A DNA stretch of 57,644 nucleotides, filler included, from Sphacelaria rigidula (Eukaryota), in NCBI GenBank assembly GCA_964200075.2. It is 3 parts of 3 records of this genome, joined end to end, with 100 filler letters (N's around TTAATTAATTAA, not from the genome) between each part and the next. Parts side by side here need not be neighbours in the genome. Positions count along the whole stretch, not along the records: positions 19,255 to 38,400 come from CAXNAA020000725.1; positions 38,501 to 57,644 come from CAXNAA020000726.1; 1 more part is not named here. One strand, 5' to 3'. Made by a program: the position numbers and the translations under genes. This document shows, in pieces, positions 37,092-50,520 of this stretch; positions within the stretch are counted from its first letter, which is position 1; every line of letters starts with the position of its first letter. Below the pieces are notes generated by a model. The model had not been told where the DNA came from and searched no databases. It saw only the letters and a program-made list of their open reading frames with translations.

Positions 37092-38119
37092 CCCTTTTGG
37101 GACCGACCCCCCACTAACATAGGGTTGACCCTGTGTCGTTAAATTAATTATAAATACATCTTCGAGCGACTTGCCCAATGACGGCGAGTCGGAATTTATC
37201 GACCAGACCACAACAATCTGCGCGGGGATTGCTGCCGAGTGTAATGCCACTGCAAAGATCGTGTGGGGGCCTATCTCTGGGCCAGGTAAGCCTCCGCAGG
37301 TTTCCAAGCGCAGGGCGGTCGAAGCTTGGTTATATGATATGACTTGCCCTCAGTATACCGTTCCCGAGTTTTCACGTGGGTTTGGATCTCAATTTCTTAC
37401 TAAAACGCAGTAATTTACACCAACACGGGGTCGACCGGAAAAGCCGGGAAGGAGTGTATATTCTACCATGTGTTCATTCTCACCACGCCCTAAAACCAGG
37501 TGGGCTGTGGAAAGACAAACGGATCTACTATCATGACCTCTGCGTGTCCCTTTGGCGATGGCTTGCAGTGTGCAGTATTATGTATGTAGTGGGCGGGGAT
37601 GAAGAAGCGGTGTATCGGTAGTTCATCTCGGTAGCTGAGAATTGCCCAGAACGTGCAAGGTAGTATGCAGCGGCAGCTGCTGCTTCAGTCGGAGAGAAAT
37701 ACTACAGTGTACTGTAATATACTGTTGTATGTATGCGCGCCGCAATGCTGATCCCGTTCGAGGAGAATTTGCCGCATGCAACAAAAGGGGCAATGGCGGC
37801 CCTGACCGCAAAGGGCTGTGTGGCAAGATAATGAGGACAAACGTATCATCCAAAGCCACTAGTGTCGGGCGGCCCGCCGGTCACAGCATCCTGTTGGAAG
37901 CTCTCTACCGTGACCTATACTGCTTGCTACATCAGATGTACACCCACCTAACGCGTATCCTGCACATGAAAATAGACTGGACGAAACTTTCGGTCTTCGT
38001 CATAACCCTGCAGTTACACACGCGGATTTCCATCAATACGCCACTGTTTCGTGAAGATGCCAGACACGTCATTCCTGACAAGCCTCATTGGTCGTTCTGG
38101 AGGCCCGGTCCCAAAAGGA
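37092..38119 (+). mobile_element. ~1.03-kb non-autonomous TIR element, piggyBac-like, in PABP intron 10
   Basis: TTAA|CCCTTTTGGGACCG...CGGTCCCAAAAGG; homologous to 22195-23238. Confidence 0.72.
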
Positions 38120-38400
38120 TTTGACTACATATCTAGTAATTCCTATACCCAACAGAGAGAGCGCCAATACTGGAATCTCTATGAAACTCCCGTTCGATGC
38201 ACTTCGTGGATGGCGACGAATTTTGGTGTGTAGAACCACGAAAAAGTGCCGAATAAAAAACAAAATGGCCCTTCAGTTTCTCACGTAAGTTAGGGCGTTC
38301 TCGTAAGTTGATGGACTTCATCATAGTAGAACGCCCTCAACCAGTGAAGGAACTTGAAAAAAAGCAACCTGACCCACTTTTTTTTGTTCGGGGCGGGGGG

Positions 38401-38500
38401 NNNNNNNNNNNNNNNNNNNNNNNNNNNNNNNNNNNNNNNNNNNNTTAATTAATTAANNNNNNNNNNNNNNNNNNNNNNNNNNNNNNNNNNNNNNNNNNNN
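38401..38500. other. Artificial contig spacer (N44-TTAATTAATTAA-N44)
   Basis: Same structure as 19155-19254. Confidence 0.98.
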
Positions 38501-38504
38501 GGGT

Positions 38505-38538
<34 letters not shown>

Positions 38539-38561
38539 CGGGGGGGGGGGGGGGGGGGGGG

Positions 38562-38592
<31 letters not shown>
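38501..38592. repeat. Poly-G tract at contig start
   Basis: ~92 nt almost all G; may be a real homopolymer or a sequencing/assembly artefact. Confidence 0.85.
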
Positions 38593-38701
38593 AAGCTGGG
38601 ATGGTAGCGGCTGCAGCCGTTTTTGGCTGTGCGCGTGGTGTGATGTGTCGCACTGGTCATCGCTCAACCCTACGAAATGCCATGTGCGCAACCGTCCCAA
38701 G

Positions 38702-38943
38702 GTACCCGAAGGAGGGCTTGTCATGGAGGGAGCACGCGCAGCGGCATCGGCAGAAGGGGGCGTGGAGACTGGAAAGGGAGCGGCGGCGGCGGCGGCGGCG
38801 GTGGCTGGAGGATGCATGGTAGGGGACGGTGGAGGGTCAAATGTTTGCATGAGTCCGGCAAGGGGGCTGGTCCTTGACGCGAAAAAGGATGAACTCGATG
38901 ACCTCTACGCTCGATGCTTCAGGGACAAGACTGAATTGAACTT
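38702..38943 (+). CDS. Candidate internal exon (Ala/Gly-rich, then LDAKKDELDDLYARCFRDKTELN); possibly an upstream exon of the RING gene
   Basis: Open frame with a GCG run and a strong donor TT|GTGAGT (phase 2). The acceptor CCCAAG is weaker. Phase is compatible with the exons at 53633 and 54038. Confidence 0.5.
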
Positions 38944-41900
38944 GTGAGTTTAGCAGAGCACTTTACAATTATGTGCGCCCACTGCTTGTACTACGCTATC
39001 GGTGCCATCAGCGGTAAAGGGCCTCTTGCCTCGTCCAACTGAAAAACAATCATGGCAAGATCTTTTTTAGTTCGCCCAGAAAAGCCTGAAACCATCGTCC
39101 CAAAGGTTACATGTGAAAATATCGCTTCAGCATCACCCCGAATTCATGGTTCGACCATGTTATTATGAAAATTTCGGCTTTTTTGTCCTCTTCGGCACTC
39201 GATTCCGTTTCACCGATCTGGGGAGGCAGGGGTGCGGGGATGCAGTGTCGTTCACGAAGTTGTGGAGACAAAAAATCACTTTTGTTCGACTTGAATACTT
39301 CTTCCCGACAAAGGCTTCAACATGATCTTAGTTTTACTTGAATTTTTTTCGCAAAAAATGCCGATGTCGTCGACATGCCTGTACCTCAACAAGGAAACGA
39401 TGCCAAAAAATACAAACGCGGGATTCGTAATATCCGCCCACAAATTTGCCTACCGTGAAATTACCAGGTCAATCGGTCGTCTGCCCGAAAAGCCGGGGAT
39501 ATTTTCGGAGCAGCCCCACTTCGTGCGTTTTGCTAAATATTCCCTAGGGGTACAAGTGGAACCAGTTGAAAATTGGAAAGAGCAGACCTATCCTTTTAAT
39601 TTATTCCACGTTTCTAGGTCCCAGCCGGGGTGATTCGTCCCACACCCCTCCTTCGTAATAATGTGACCTTCACCGCGGATGGCATCCATAGCGTTGGAGA
39701 CGACTTATCATCACGCGTGTTGACCCGTGGTTCGTCTACCGTGGTGACGTGAAATTGAGCTCGATTCGGAGGTGATAATCCCTTCTTGTTTCGAGGGACA
39801 GCGCGAATGTTTATTATACCTCTTCCTCCATGAAAAAGTAATGGCTTCGCTTTGTTCCTAGGATGACCTGCCATTATCTCTGACCAAAGGTCACGAATCT
39901 GGCGTACTTGTTTGTAGGTACACAGCCCAGCTACTTCTCGTGGATCTGTCATCATCTCTAACCGAAGTTCGTTGTTCCGACACACTCTTTTGCAGGTAGG
40001 CACCATAGCTAGTGCTCGTGGGCCCGTACCGGAGGCAGCGATGACTGTGCAAAACAAATCTTGGGGCGTGGGTCTACAGCGACATCTGGTGTAAAAGAGT
40101 TTTCCACCGCGGGAGATAGATCGCGCGCATGTTTCTGTCAAGGTCGGAGGGCCCAAAAGATGTTGTGGAAATGGTCAACCACTTGCTGGTGAGTCGGGTT
40201 CCCTTGCATCTCCTGAATCCGCGAAAATCAGGGAAACACCGCAAATGAATAAAAGTGCTGCTCTTCGTGTGTCCCTACTTGGCGATACACTATTTTTTTT
40301 GCACGGTGGTGTGGGTTCACAGGCATGTACTACCGATCTCACACGAGAGCAGCACTGACACATGACAGTGGGCTGATACGTCGTAGAGCAGATGTCAATG
40401 GTACCATCAGACCCTACTCGTTTTCTATTCATGAGCACGCATGGCATGTTTGCCCTCGGTCGGGAACCATGTATACAAGGCGGGGGTTTGGATAACGCCT
40501 GCTACTTTGGAGAGAAAGTTGTCTGCTAAAAAAAGTTATCATTCTCATCCCAATTGTGGGATGCCCCTCCCACGTATGGTATGCGCGATATATGATATTA
40601 AGGAGAAAGCAGGTGCGGGCATTGGTGGCAACTGTCATGCTCTTGATTTTCGTTCAATATTGCGAAGATTTGATCACTCCATACCGCTTTATTCTCCCGC
40701 GGAGCGTGCTATTCCTGTATCATAACGATGTGCATGGAGTAGTATCCAGATGAGCAAGCTCGCTCCGTTGTACCATCTTATATTTTTCTACTGCTGAAAA
40801 TCACTCCATGTTCCCGTCATCATTCCCGCAGTGCATATCCTACGTGGTGGAGCGGCGCTCGGGGCCCCCGTCCATGCTGAGAAGTGTTCACGAATTGCAC
40901 TATCCGCTGCAATCCTGGAGGAAGTGCGAGTGAGGAGGGATTGGTTCAAGGCTACCGTCTTTTCTTCAACACGAAGCCGCGCGCAGATACACGAATTCGA
41001 AAACCCCATTCGCTTCTCGGAAATTCCGCTGGGCTGTACCTACGGTCCTCACGGAATAATCCACGGTCCTCAATTTCGAGCCTTGATTGGTGGGTTCTAG
41101 ACATGTGCCGAGTCAGGGTGTCAATCTCGATCCTCATAAGCAGAGCCACTGCAGCAAGATGAGCTGCGATTCCTTCGCTTTCACGGTGACTCTTACAAAT
41201 GAGCTCAAGAACCAGGCCATCAACTGCAGGTCGGTGAATCGCCTGGTGGAGAGCGCCGCCGAGCACCCCAAACAGCATAATCTCGGATGCAAAATGAGCA
41301 TGCGGAAGTGTGGGCGATGCTTCTCCATGACTCCACTCATGTATTTATTCGACTGGTTCGGTAGAGTTTCTGTCGAAAAAAAAAAAAAAAGACTTGGTGT
41401 ACGAAGGGTTACAGTCGATGGTTTTTCTCGTGCTTCAAGATCTCTGGTGACCGGTACAGGAAATATGCTTCTCGAGGCTTGCGACTGAAAGGCTCGGAGT
41501 CGCCGTATTTGTACCGGTACATCTCAATATGATGGCAGGGTATTTCGTTATGCTTTTCTCTACGCTTCAGGAACGCATGCACGCGAAGTGCTAGTAGCGG
41601 TCTGCAATGAAATGTGATATCGTGTACTGAACCATCGATGAGCGTGGTAGACGTGCACGCCCCGCTTGGAACTGCTGTACGACCTGGGGCAGTCGGCGAC
41701 TTTTATTTTTGCTCGACCAGCGTTGCACCGCTTGGTCTCAGCTGGCGTCTTCAAAGATCAAAACCGTCGATGGGCAGAACGTTCCACAATCACGAGGAAA
41801 ACAAACGCAGGAAGGGAAAGCCGTTTGGATTCGGAACGTCATATTCCATACATACATGGGTAATCTCGGGCAAGCCGACCCCCGTACAAACCCCAAAACT

Positions 41901-43048
41901 GCCATGAAGAAAGAAATTGTTGTGCAGCGCATGGCAGCTAGTTGAGACTGCATGAAGCGCCTCATATGGGCGACGTTGGCGACCATTTTTTCAACCGTGG
42001 GGGTTACCCAGCGACGCGGTGCGCTTGTTATTTCGATTTGCATGTAGATATCGCCTTTTCATACACGCCACTTTTTTACGGGGGGGTTATCGAGGCCTCA
42101 CTTCAACCAGCGACAAAAAAAGTATTTCTCATCTCCGGGATTTGCCATCTCCGGGCAAGGTATTTCTGTTGGTACGGTGCAGAAGGTCCTGATGACCTAA
42201 TTTGCTCAGAGTGGGTGGCTCATTTTATTCCCTGTCTTGTAGTCGAACGGCGATCGCGGGTACGGTTAAATCCCGGGCCTCACCAGAATTGACAGCTGGC
42301 TCAGCCGATCGCCACTATTCATTTTACTTCACCAGCTCTGCACGGGTGAGCTTGACGGATCACGAGCTGGAATGCCGGCACAAGGTTTACATCGTAAATA
42401 TCCGAAAAGTGGTTGAAGGTCCAACGAAAAATATAAATGTCCAGCAAAGTTCAGCGGGTTCAAGAATGGAAAAGCAGAGTATTTGGTTGCACGAATAGTG
42501 GCGGCTGATGGGCAAGTGTGTCAGAGGACCTCAAACACTCGCGTTGCGCCTTGTTCGGGTGAAAAAGGTGTCAAGCCGTGTGAAGGAGTGCGTCTCATTG
42601 GTACCAAGCGCGTTCGAACAATGGTTGCTGCTTTTCACAACGATATGAAGTGACATTTTTGTGCAAGAAAATACTCCATACCCGCCCCTCGCCCTATCAA
42701 CGAATGAGTCAATTATGAAAACAGTTGGAGCATCTTACTACTCATATCATGAAAGCAGACTTCTGGAGGGCCCTAGTGAACACTAACCTCATAATTCGGG
42801 TATGTAGTAGGCTGCGCAAACACTTTCGTGTCTTTTTAATGAAAGAGGGTTTCGACGGCGGGTACAGAAGTATGTGCCTTGCGCTAAAATAGTATAGAAG
42901 GGAAGCAACGTTCGGTTTCAAGACACGGCACGGGAAGGACCCTGTACTTACTGCAGCCTGGAGGCGTCATCGCTAAAGCTGCGCTGATCGAACATCCGTA
43001 AATGGTTTGACCAGCACAATTTGATACAATTCACAGTGACATGCTTAC

Positions 43049-43401
43049 ACCCCGGTGGCTCAGTTGGTAACGTCGAAACCTTCTGACGGTTGGGTCGTGG
43101 GTTCGAATCTCGGAGCGATCTGGGATTTTTTCTCATGCCCAATAGTGGGGAGTGATGTTGTCGTGGGTACACAAAAATTCGACTTCACGGTCGATGAGGG
43201 AAAGGGACTCCTGAACCCCTCTCGCGATAAACGTAAAATGCAAGCACCGCAAAAGGAAGGTAGAGTACCAAAACAAAACAAAACAATAATGGAAAAACTC
43301 CTGTGTTGACCTTCCTCCTGTGTGACCCCGGCTGGTGCGCCCACATATACCGTAAGGTGTAGACCGGCGTCCAGAATAGATGAGACGACAGCACACACGC
43401 A
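43049..43401 (+). mobile_element. tRNA-derived SINE
   Basis: Pol III A box TGGCTCAGTTGG (43056) and B box GGTTCGAATCT (43100), an anticodon-like hairpin AACC-TTCTGAC-GGTT, no acceptor-stem pairing, then a ~280-nt body ending in a CA-rich tail (GCACACACGCA). No clear TSD. Confidence 0.75.
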
Positions 43402-43911
43402 TCGAGATAGATTAATTGTCATGAAATTGAGAGAAGGTATTGTGCGACAAAGAATTGTGAGCGTTGGTGAATGTATTGGCCCAACATCACTCTACAAAAT
43501 ACAGCTAGTGACGACGCGACATTAAGTCAACAAATCCACCAATAGCAGGGATGCCGCAAGTTGTGTGTGTTCGTGTGTGTGTACTAGCTGTGCACTACAG
43601 CTCGTGCCGAAAAGCGGCGCAGTTCATCCGGGACTGTCGATCACGAACAGAAGTGACGGATAACCTTGGTGCGTGGTTCCAGATATTAGGCTCGTGGGCG
43701 AAAAAAACAAATTTGATCATCATTACCTGTCTCTCCACCTGTCCCATATCATAAAATTTCCCTGAGCTTTCTTGACCCTTCCGAGTGATGAACACCACGG
43801 GATGGACTACCCTCGCGGTCTAAGGGTTGCCCCTTGGACAGTGAGAGCCGGCTGTATGTTGAATCGGCATCAGTTTCACTTGAAAAAAGTATTCATGATC
43901 CAGATGGACTA

Positions 43912-44503
43912 CGAGCTGGGCCAGCTTAAAAGCGGCTAGAAGTTGCTCAGACCACAACTTTCCCAGTTTGCCGAATGAACCCGATGTAAGCATATCACTG
44001 TGAAGTCCAGACCAACCTGGTAACACACGGCACCGCCGCTGAATGAAGAACGAAATGAAAAAATGTACTGCATAATGTATTACCTTAACGACGGACAAAA
44101 AGAGAGAATCTGTCGGGATTCGAACTCATACCCTCCATAATTGGAGTCTCCCATTACTTGATTTATAGCGGTGCAGCAGCGTCATGGAAAATGTTGAACG
44201 CACGGCCCGATTCAGCGACTTTTGAGCTGAAATTTCAGGTAGACCTTCTGCACACAAGGAACTCATACTTCACGTGAGCAGCTGCAGATTGTCCTTTTTC
44301 CCCTGGACTTATGACATTATCTTGTTTTTGCTGAAATTTCCGATTCCCATATTTTTTTTTCTCATTTTTTTCTTTGCTGCTCACGTGATCTTCTGCATTT
44401 TGATCATAAAAAGCTGTTGTCGAAATTTCAGCGTCCGACTCCTAATATCGCGCCGTGCGTCGCCTGAGCGAGATTCACTCCTACTCTTGGCTGGCCCAGC
44501 TGG
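43912..44503. mobile_element. 592-bp MITE with 14-bp TIRs and TA TSD, nested in a piggyBac-like mini-element (43831-44523)
   Basis: GGAC-TA|CGAGCTGGGCCAGC...GCTGGCCCAGCTGG|TA-CCCTCGCGGTCTAAGGG. The empty-site sequence GATGGACTACCCTCGCGGTCTAAGGG is seen at 43801, with a related one at 28188-28266. Confidence 0.85.
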
Positions 44504-47200
44504 TACCCTCGCGGTCTAAGGGGGGCGAACCTGTCTGCAGAGTATACCGCAGAGCATCAACCAAGGAGTATCTCGCAACAAATATGGAAGAGTACTGTAC
44601 CTTTCAACCGTAAATGTACTCGGTGGTGGACCCGTTGTATGGCAGCGGTACAGCAGTCAAGGTTTGATTATGATGTTCACCGTATTCATTCAATCGGAAT
44701 ATTTTCACGGATGATTAGTCACCGTCACTCGACTGTTTGAGAGTCGGTAGGCGTTGGAAAATGAAGCAGGTCGTGCTCAAGACCATCTCCAAATTTTGTG
44801 TTGTCGGATTGAAACGGCATGAAACCCCGTTTATAGAAGCGGTGTTACTGACCGCAAATTGCCGGAAAACATATACATATATTTTCGGTTGTAGCGTGAT
44901 GACTATCCAGCGAAAAGAACACAGCCAGAGAGTTGTTCATAACAACAATTCAGATTAGTTCGGTCGAGCGAAATATCAAGGAGCGAAAAACGGGGGCTGT
45001 ACACTCGTAGGATCATCGTAGATCGTTGAGCCCGTACGAGTATATATAATTCAAACTTGCTCGTAAATTATATTTTTCCTCGAAACTTGTGTCGGGTACT
45101 CATGTCTCTCAATTCTCAAAGGTTGTGGTCAAACAGAAACCGCGATGGGTCGTGGTGACCGAAAAAAACTTGGAAAGTCGCTGTGAATCTCAAGTGCGAA
45201 GGTTACAGCTCGACCAATCATACTATATTAGAGCGAGATGGATCACTGTAGATCTGAGGATACTTCTGGCTTGACACAAATTTTCGCGATGCAAGCCCAC
45301 TGCCCAGGCCGTGTCTTCGCGAACTACTTTTCGATCGAAAAGGTGCGGTGAAAAAGTGAAAATTCCGATCTGATATGTGAAATCAACACAAATGACGTCG
45401 ACATGAATGACGACCAATCAGACCGGAATTTTGGAGATATATGACTCATCAGATCGGAATTTGTTTTTTCAACAATACTATTTGCTTTAAAGAATAATAG
45501 GCTGAGAGGCGCCCTCAGAGGATCAAGATCTCAAATCGATCAGTGTGCGTATTTTGACCCTTCGGCGACGTTTTCCGAGTTGAAAAGGCCGCCAGGTCGA
45601 TACCAAAATTGCGGGCTCTGCTTGTTCACCTGACGGGATTCCGGCATCCTATACGAACTCCGGGGAGCGCAGTTCGACTTGTGAGTTGAAAATAAGGATC
45701 CTGCGAAACCGTACAAACCTTCGCAATGCACGTATGATTCCTAGGTGGCATCATGTGCTTGGCCGTGGCTTTACTGGGAAAACGCTGTCGAACGGTGCAA
45801 TTAGTTGGTGTAAATCGGCTGGTGTGTTGAGAAGTAGTCTACGGCGGGATTTTCGGGTGCGCCCACTTTCCAAGTTGGAAATAGAAATGAACAATGCCGT
45901 GAAATTAGACTCGTACACGTTTTCAGAATGAATAATGAAGGAATGAAAAAAATATGCATGGGAAATATGCAATAATTGGAAAATTGTCCCTTCTCGCGTC
46001 GTGAAAAGTCACCGTGGGAGAGTTCGTGTTTTTCGTCCCATGGTTGTACTGTGCAACCGCCGCAAACGTGTGCGCAACACTTCAAGATACCCCCCGTGAT
46101 CTACGAACGCTCACGCTAGACACCTGATGCCTTCAGAGGTAGCTACAGTCCAGGCTATGCTTTTTGGGGGCGTTGGTGCGATAATGGGCGAGCAACAGGA
46201 ATGTGCATGAAAGTTTGTTGCTTCGTTTTTTTCACCGGACCGTCAGTTCGACTGACGCAGTTATCCGACTCTGGGCAGCGCTTCTTCGTTTCACGGCCGA
46301 CTGAAACAAATACAAACGCTCAAATCAATCGGCTGATCGCGAGCTACGCTCTGGGCGGTCGAACTTTGTGTCGCGCGCCGTGCATCTCGTGATGAACGTG
46401 TGGACAGCTTCGAAGCGAGGAGTAATATCCTCCGTGATTCGTAACGTCAATCTCGGTTCGCTGCTGGGCTTTGCGAAATTCGTCAGGACTCGAAACGGGT
46501 GACAACGGGTAGAATCAATTAGGCCGCGTTTCCTCGCTTGCCGTCTTTTCCTGGTGAGACAGCCCCTTAGGACGATCCTTACCCCTTACCTCCAGGTGAT
46601 CTGGATCTGACGAATCAATGGTTCGATTACTCGGGATGATTTGGGTACAGATGAAATATTCCAGACCACCTGGACCACTCCAGGGATTAAATCTAGGGAT
46701 ATACATTGGCGCATAACGCATCCATGACGTACCGGTTTCTAACCAAATTTGGCCGAAAATGTTGAAATGTTACCTACCGCAATGACCGCAAGTTACAAAT
46801 TACCGCCCTGAAATATGACAAGGCGAAGGTGCCGTCGGGCTGTGGTAATTAGTCTGGTACCGGGCGGTGAGGGCCCCGCCCCGCGCCGCACCCGAATATG
46901 CTAGTTTCCCCTTTGTCACCTTGAAGGGTTGGCACCGGTTGGCGACGGCGCTGTTCACTGGATAATATTGGCAACCAGGTGGCCGTTTTTTCCCTTGCTT
47001 GCCTTTTTTTTTCGGTAACTATGATGGTGGTCATGTTACGTCATATGTGCGGGGTGGAAAAGCTTAATTCCGCGCAAAGGGGATCATCGTACCACGCCGT
47101 GTTTAGATGTTGAGACACCCATGACGCTGTGTGTAACCCGTGGCTGTGACTGATTTTGACTGATTGATTGTCGCACTATTACCGACCTCTCACGAGTCAT

Positions 47201-47320
47201 GATCCAGCCGTGGTCACATGATAGACGTACCCAAGAAAAAACAAGACTGAAACACTCGCTGAAGAAAAAGAAGAAGCAAAAAAAGTCGAACAAAACGACA
47301 TAGTAGACTAAGACGTGAAA
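47201..47320 (+). repeat. Dispersed repeat, copy 2 (copy 1 at 7046-7168)
   Basis: See 7046-7168. Confidence 0.85.
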
Positions 47321-49808
47321 ACAAGAAATGAATCAGAAGTCAACAGAAGCGACTGGAAGTGGGAAAACCAGAAAATGATGCATCTCATCCGCGGCTGTCG
47401 TCCATATGCAAGATAATTAGCACGTTCCGGGCCGAACAGTCTTAGCAAAATGCAGATCACCCGTCATGCGGCCCGCCGAACACGTCACACCGCTTCGAGC
47501 TTGGTGACTGCGAGGCTGGTCCAGCGTGCTCCGTCCCGGTTCTGTAGGGATCCGAGGCAAATGGTCTTGCGACGACGGCATGTAAGATCATGAGTACATC
47601 CCTGCCCCCCCTTCGAAGGATCTCAAAAAGTGCGGAGAGGAATTCGGTCTCATGCATATTTGTATGTGCGTTGTGTGCAGTCTGCGATATAAGCAGTAAC
47701 AGCAGGTGATCTGTGCGTGAGAGTGACAGAGCGTTCAATGACAAGAACTTTGCAGCGATCCTCTCATGTCTTCGTGCGGTACCACTGGACGAAAATACCG
47801 AAACATTGCCCGTTTGTCCACCTTGATTACCATTGATCTCGGTCAATTATTTCGTAGATCGCGCTGAATTGTCATTAGTTCATAGACTGAAAAAAAGAAG
47901 ACAACGCTATCGCTCTTCTCCACATATCACGCCAAATTCATAATGGGAAAAACGAAAACGCGCCACATTCCGCCCTAAAGCTAGCTCATTACAGTACGCA
48001 GCATCGTCATACGACAATCCAAGGAAAACTGTGAATTGCATATCACCACATAAACGCCACAACATCGTCACCAGGCCTGCCGGATGTTACCGCGGGTCTT
48101 GAAACCGATCGGTAATTACCGGTACCCAGCTGGTGGACCAATCTCATGTGCTTGCGGACGTGGTCGTACCATGGTTGGCCGTTCCTAAGATACCATCGGC
48201 GCATCAACACGTTACACCGAAAGAGGTCAATGGTTCCAAAACATACCTCGATGCGGTTGATGTATGTGACTTATTCGTGTTCGAAAACACGACGAGCACA
48301 ACGATGCTCTAGCCAAGATCAGCATGGCTGGAACGGTCTTGCTCCTACCTACACGTGCGACACCAACAGCTCTGTTCCCGGTGTCATACGGGCTATGCTC
48401 AGGAACGATATGAGCTGAGTGTAAATGGTTCGAAATAAACAATGCCACATGGTACTGGCAATCGCGGCCGTGAACGTGGTTCACCTCGCGTTTATTGCCA
48501 TTACTTCACGATCGCGATACCGTTGCGGGCGAAATTGGGTGTTCGGTGAACGGCCGCAACGTTGGCAATACGTGTCTTGCGCGAGCTCCGTCCCCTCCTC
48601 GCTGTACACTTGAGTCGTGCACCCAAAGGACGTCGCGACGCCGGGACAGGAGTCAAGGCTGCAACCTTCAATGCAGCTACCAAACGCGTCTTTGAAGACA
48701 ATGCCCCAGCTTCATGGGATCTGAAGTTGGCGGTTCTGAGGCTGAGATCATATCAATTTCTCGGAACAGGAGGAAAAAAAATAACTTCAAATGTTGCGGT
48801 TCGAGTGAACCATCCTTCAATGAGGATGGGAAACGTAATATCATGCTCGGGTGATGGGGCGAACCGTGATAACCCACGTCGAGATGACCTGCCGTAGAAG
48901 TTGGCCTTGAAAAATCGACCGCGGCCAACACCGTGTCCCGCCTGTTTTCGATCGTGTGTTTCACCACCCTCCCAAATATGAGACTTGGTGGACTCAGTAG
49001 ACCCGATGAAGAAGCACATATAGAGCACGTCCATGACTAGCTCCTCCACCTGGAAGTCCAGCTCAATTCTAACGACAACAGCGCCCCATGTGACGATGGA
49101 AATTTCCATACCTTGGACAAGGTATGGTCAAGAGTTTCAATCTAAATAGACAAAAAATGTACCGCGTAAAGTGTAGGCCCGATAATAGTTGCAATAGCCC
49201 TATGCTTTGCGTGGTACATTTTTTGTTTATTGCAACTGTTTACCGTCTTCTGTCCAAGGTGTCGATATTTCCGAAGCTGGCACAACATACACACCATTTG
49301 TACGAACACGATGGCCATTCCCATCGCTGTATGGCAACTGAAACGCATTGGACAGAACTCACGCCGTACTGCTTAACGTGTAGTGTTACTCACCCACACA
49401 CGAGCAGGGCATGCTAACAAGCATTATTCACGGGCGAGATTTCGCTCGCAAATTCTCGCAATGATGCGAAATTGCTACTCATGGTTTCGTCCTTACCTTA
49501 GCCTTTTCACTTCCGACAACGGTTTGCTATGTCATATGACTATCAGGGCGCGGTTCACTGGTGGGTATGCTGGAAATGTGTCTTGGCTATCCGCAACAAG
49601 TCGTTTCATGTCGTCAGGTACTCTGGTTGGAGGTGTCGGCTTTGTGGGGGATGTTTGAGCATGGAACATACTGTCGAACCCGTCACTGAGAACAACCGAA
49701 TAAGCCCGGTGTTTTCGCCGCGCACAGCTCTTGCTGGCGAATCCAAGCTCTTCGAAGCTCGTGCTATATGCGATTCTGCTCCATGCTCCACGCAAGGCTG
49801 CCATCACA

Positions 49809-50520
49809 CAGGCTGTTTCACGGAAAAAACCCAAAAAACACTCATCGGCAAAACTTCACGTCGTTTTGAGGAGTTAGACCCTGAAATTTTGCACAAGTGG
49901 TCTATGGGTCATTACCCAACTTCCCAAGGTCGAGTTTGTTTTTACTTCTTGACTTTTCTCACCGTTTTTTGGGGGAAACTTCGATCCATTTGGACCCTCG
50001 TAAAACGGTAAAAACGAAAAAACCCGAAAAACCTCATTCATCCAAAGTTGCGTAATTACTCGTAGACCGCCTGTGCAGAATGTTAGGGTCTAACTCCTTG
50101 AAACGGCGTGGAGTTTTGCGCGCTTGTGCGATGAACCTTGCCTTGCCACGGTGAAATCGCAAACTAGTAGATTTTAGTATGAAAATAGCGTTTTCTGGGC
50201 CTTCTTCGACGCGAACATAAGAACTCAAGCATATGTTCACCGAGTTTCGCCATGAAACTTTGTGGGGCTCTTCCTTGGTCTTTGCAGCGACAGGGTGTCG
50301 CGACGAAACGAAAAACATTTCGTGGTGCCGGGTTCCCGGGTTCCCAAAATGGACGACTTCGAAAAAACGACTTGGATCCCGCTGGACTCCCGAAAAACGG
50401 TAAACAAATAAGGAGGAGAAGAACCTCGTTGATCGAAACTTGCATAATGATTAAAGTACACTTGCGCAAAGGTTCCAGGGTCTAACTTCTAATGACTGCG
50501 TGAAGGTCTGCGCGTTTGTG
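49809..50520. mobile_element. TIR-element fragment(s) related to 36479-36650, with internal inverted copies
   Basis: See 36479-36650; the right boundary is uncertain. Confidence 0.6.

Noticed and set aside
38445..38850. Proline-rich (formin/extensin-like) ORFs on the minus strand
   Set aside because: Translation of the poly-G tract and the N spacer.
43049..43125. tRNA gene (A/B boxes, CTG-like anticodon loop)
   Set aside because: The acceptor stem cannot pair, the T-stem is poor and a long body follows; it is a SINE head.
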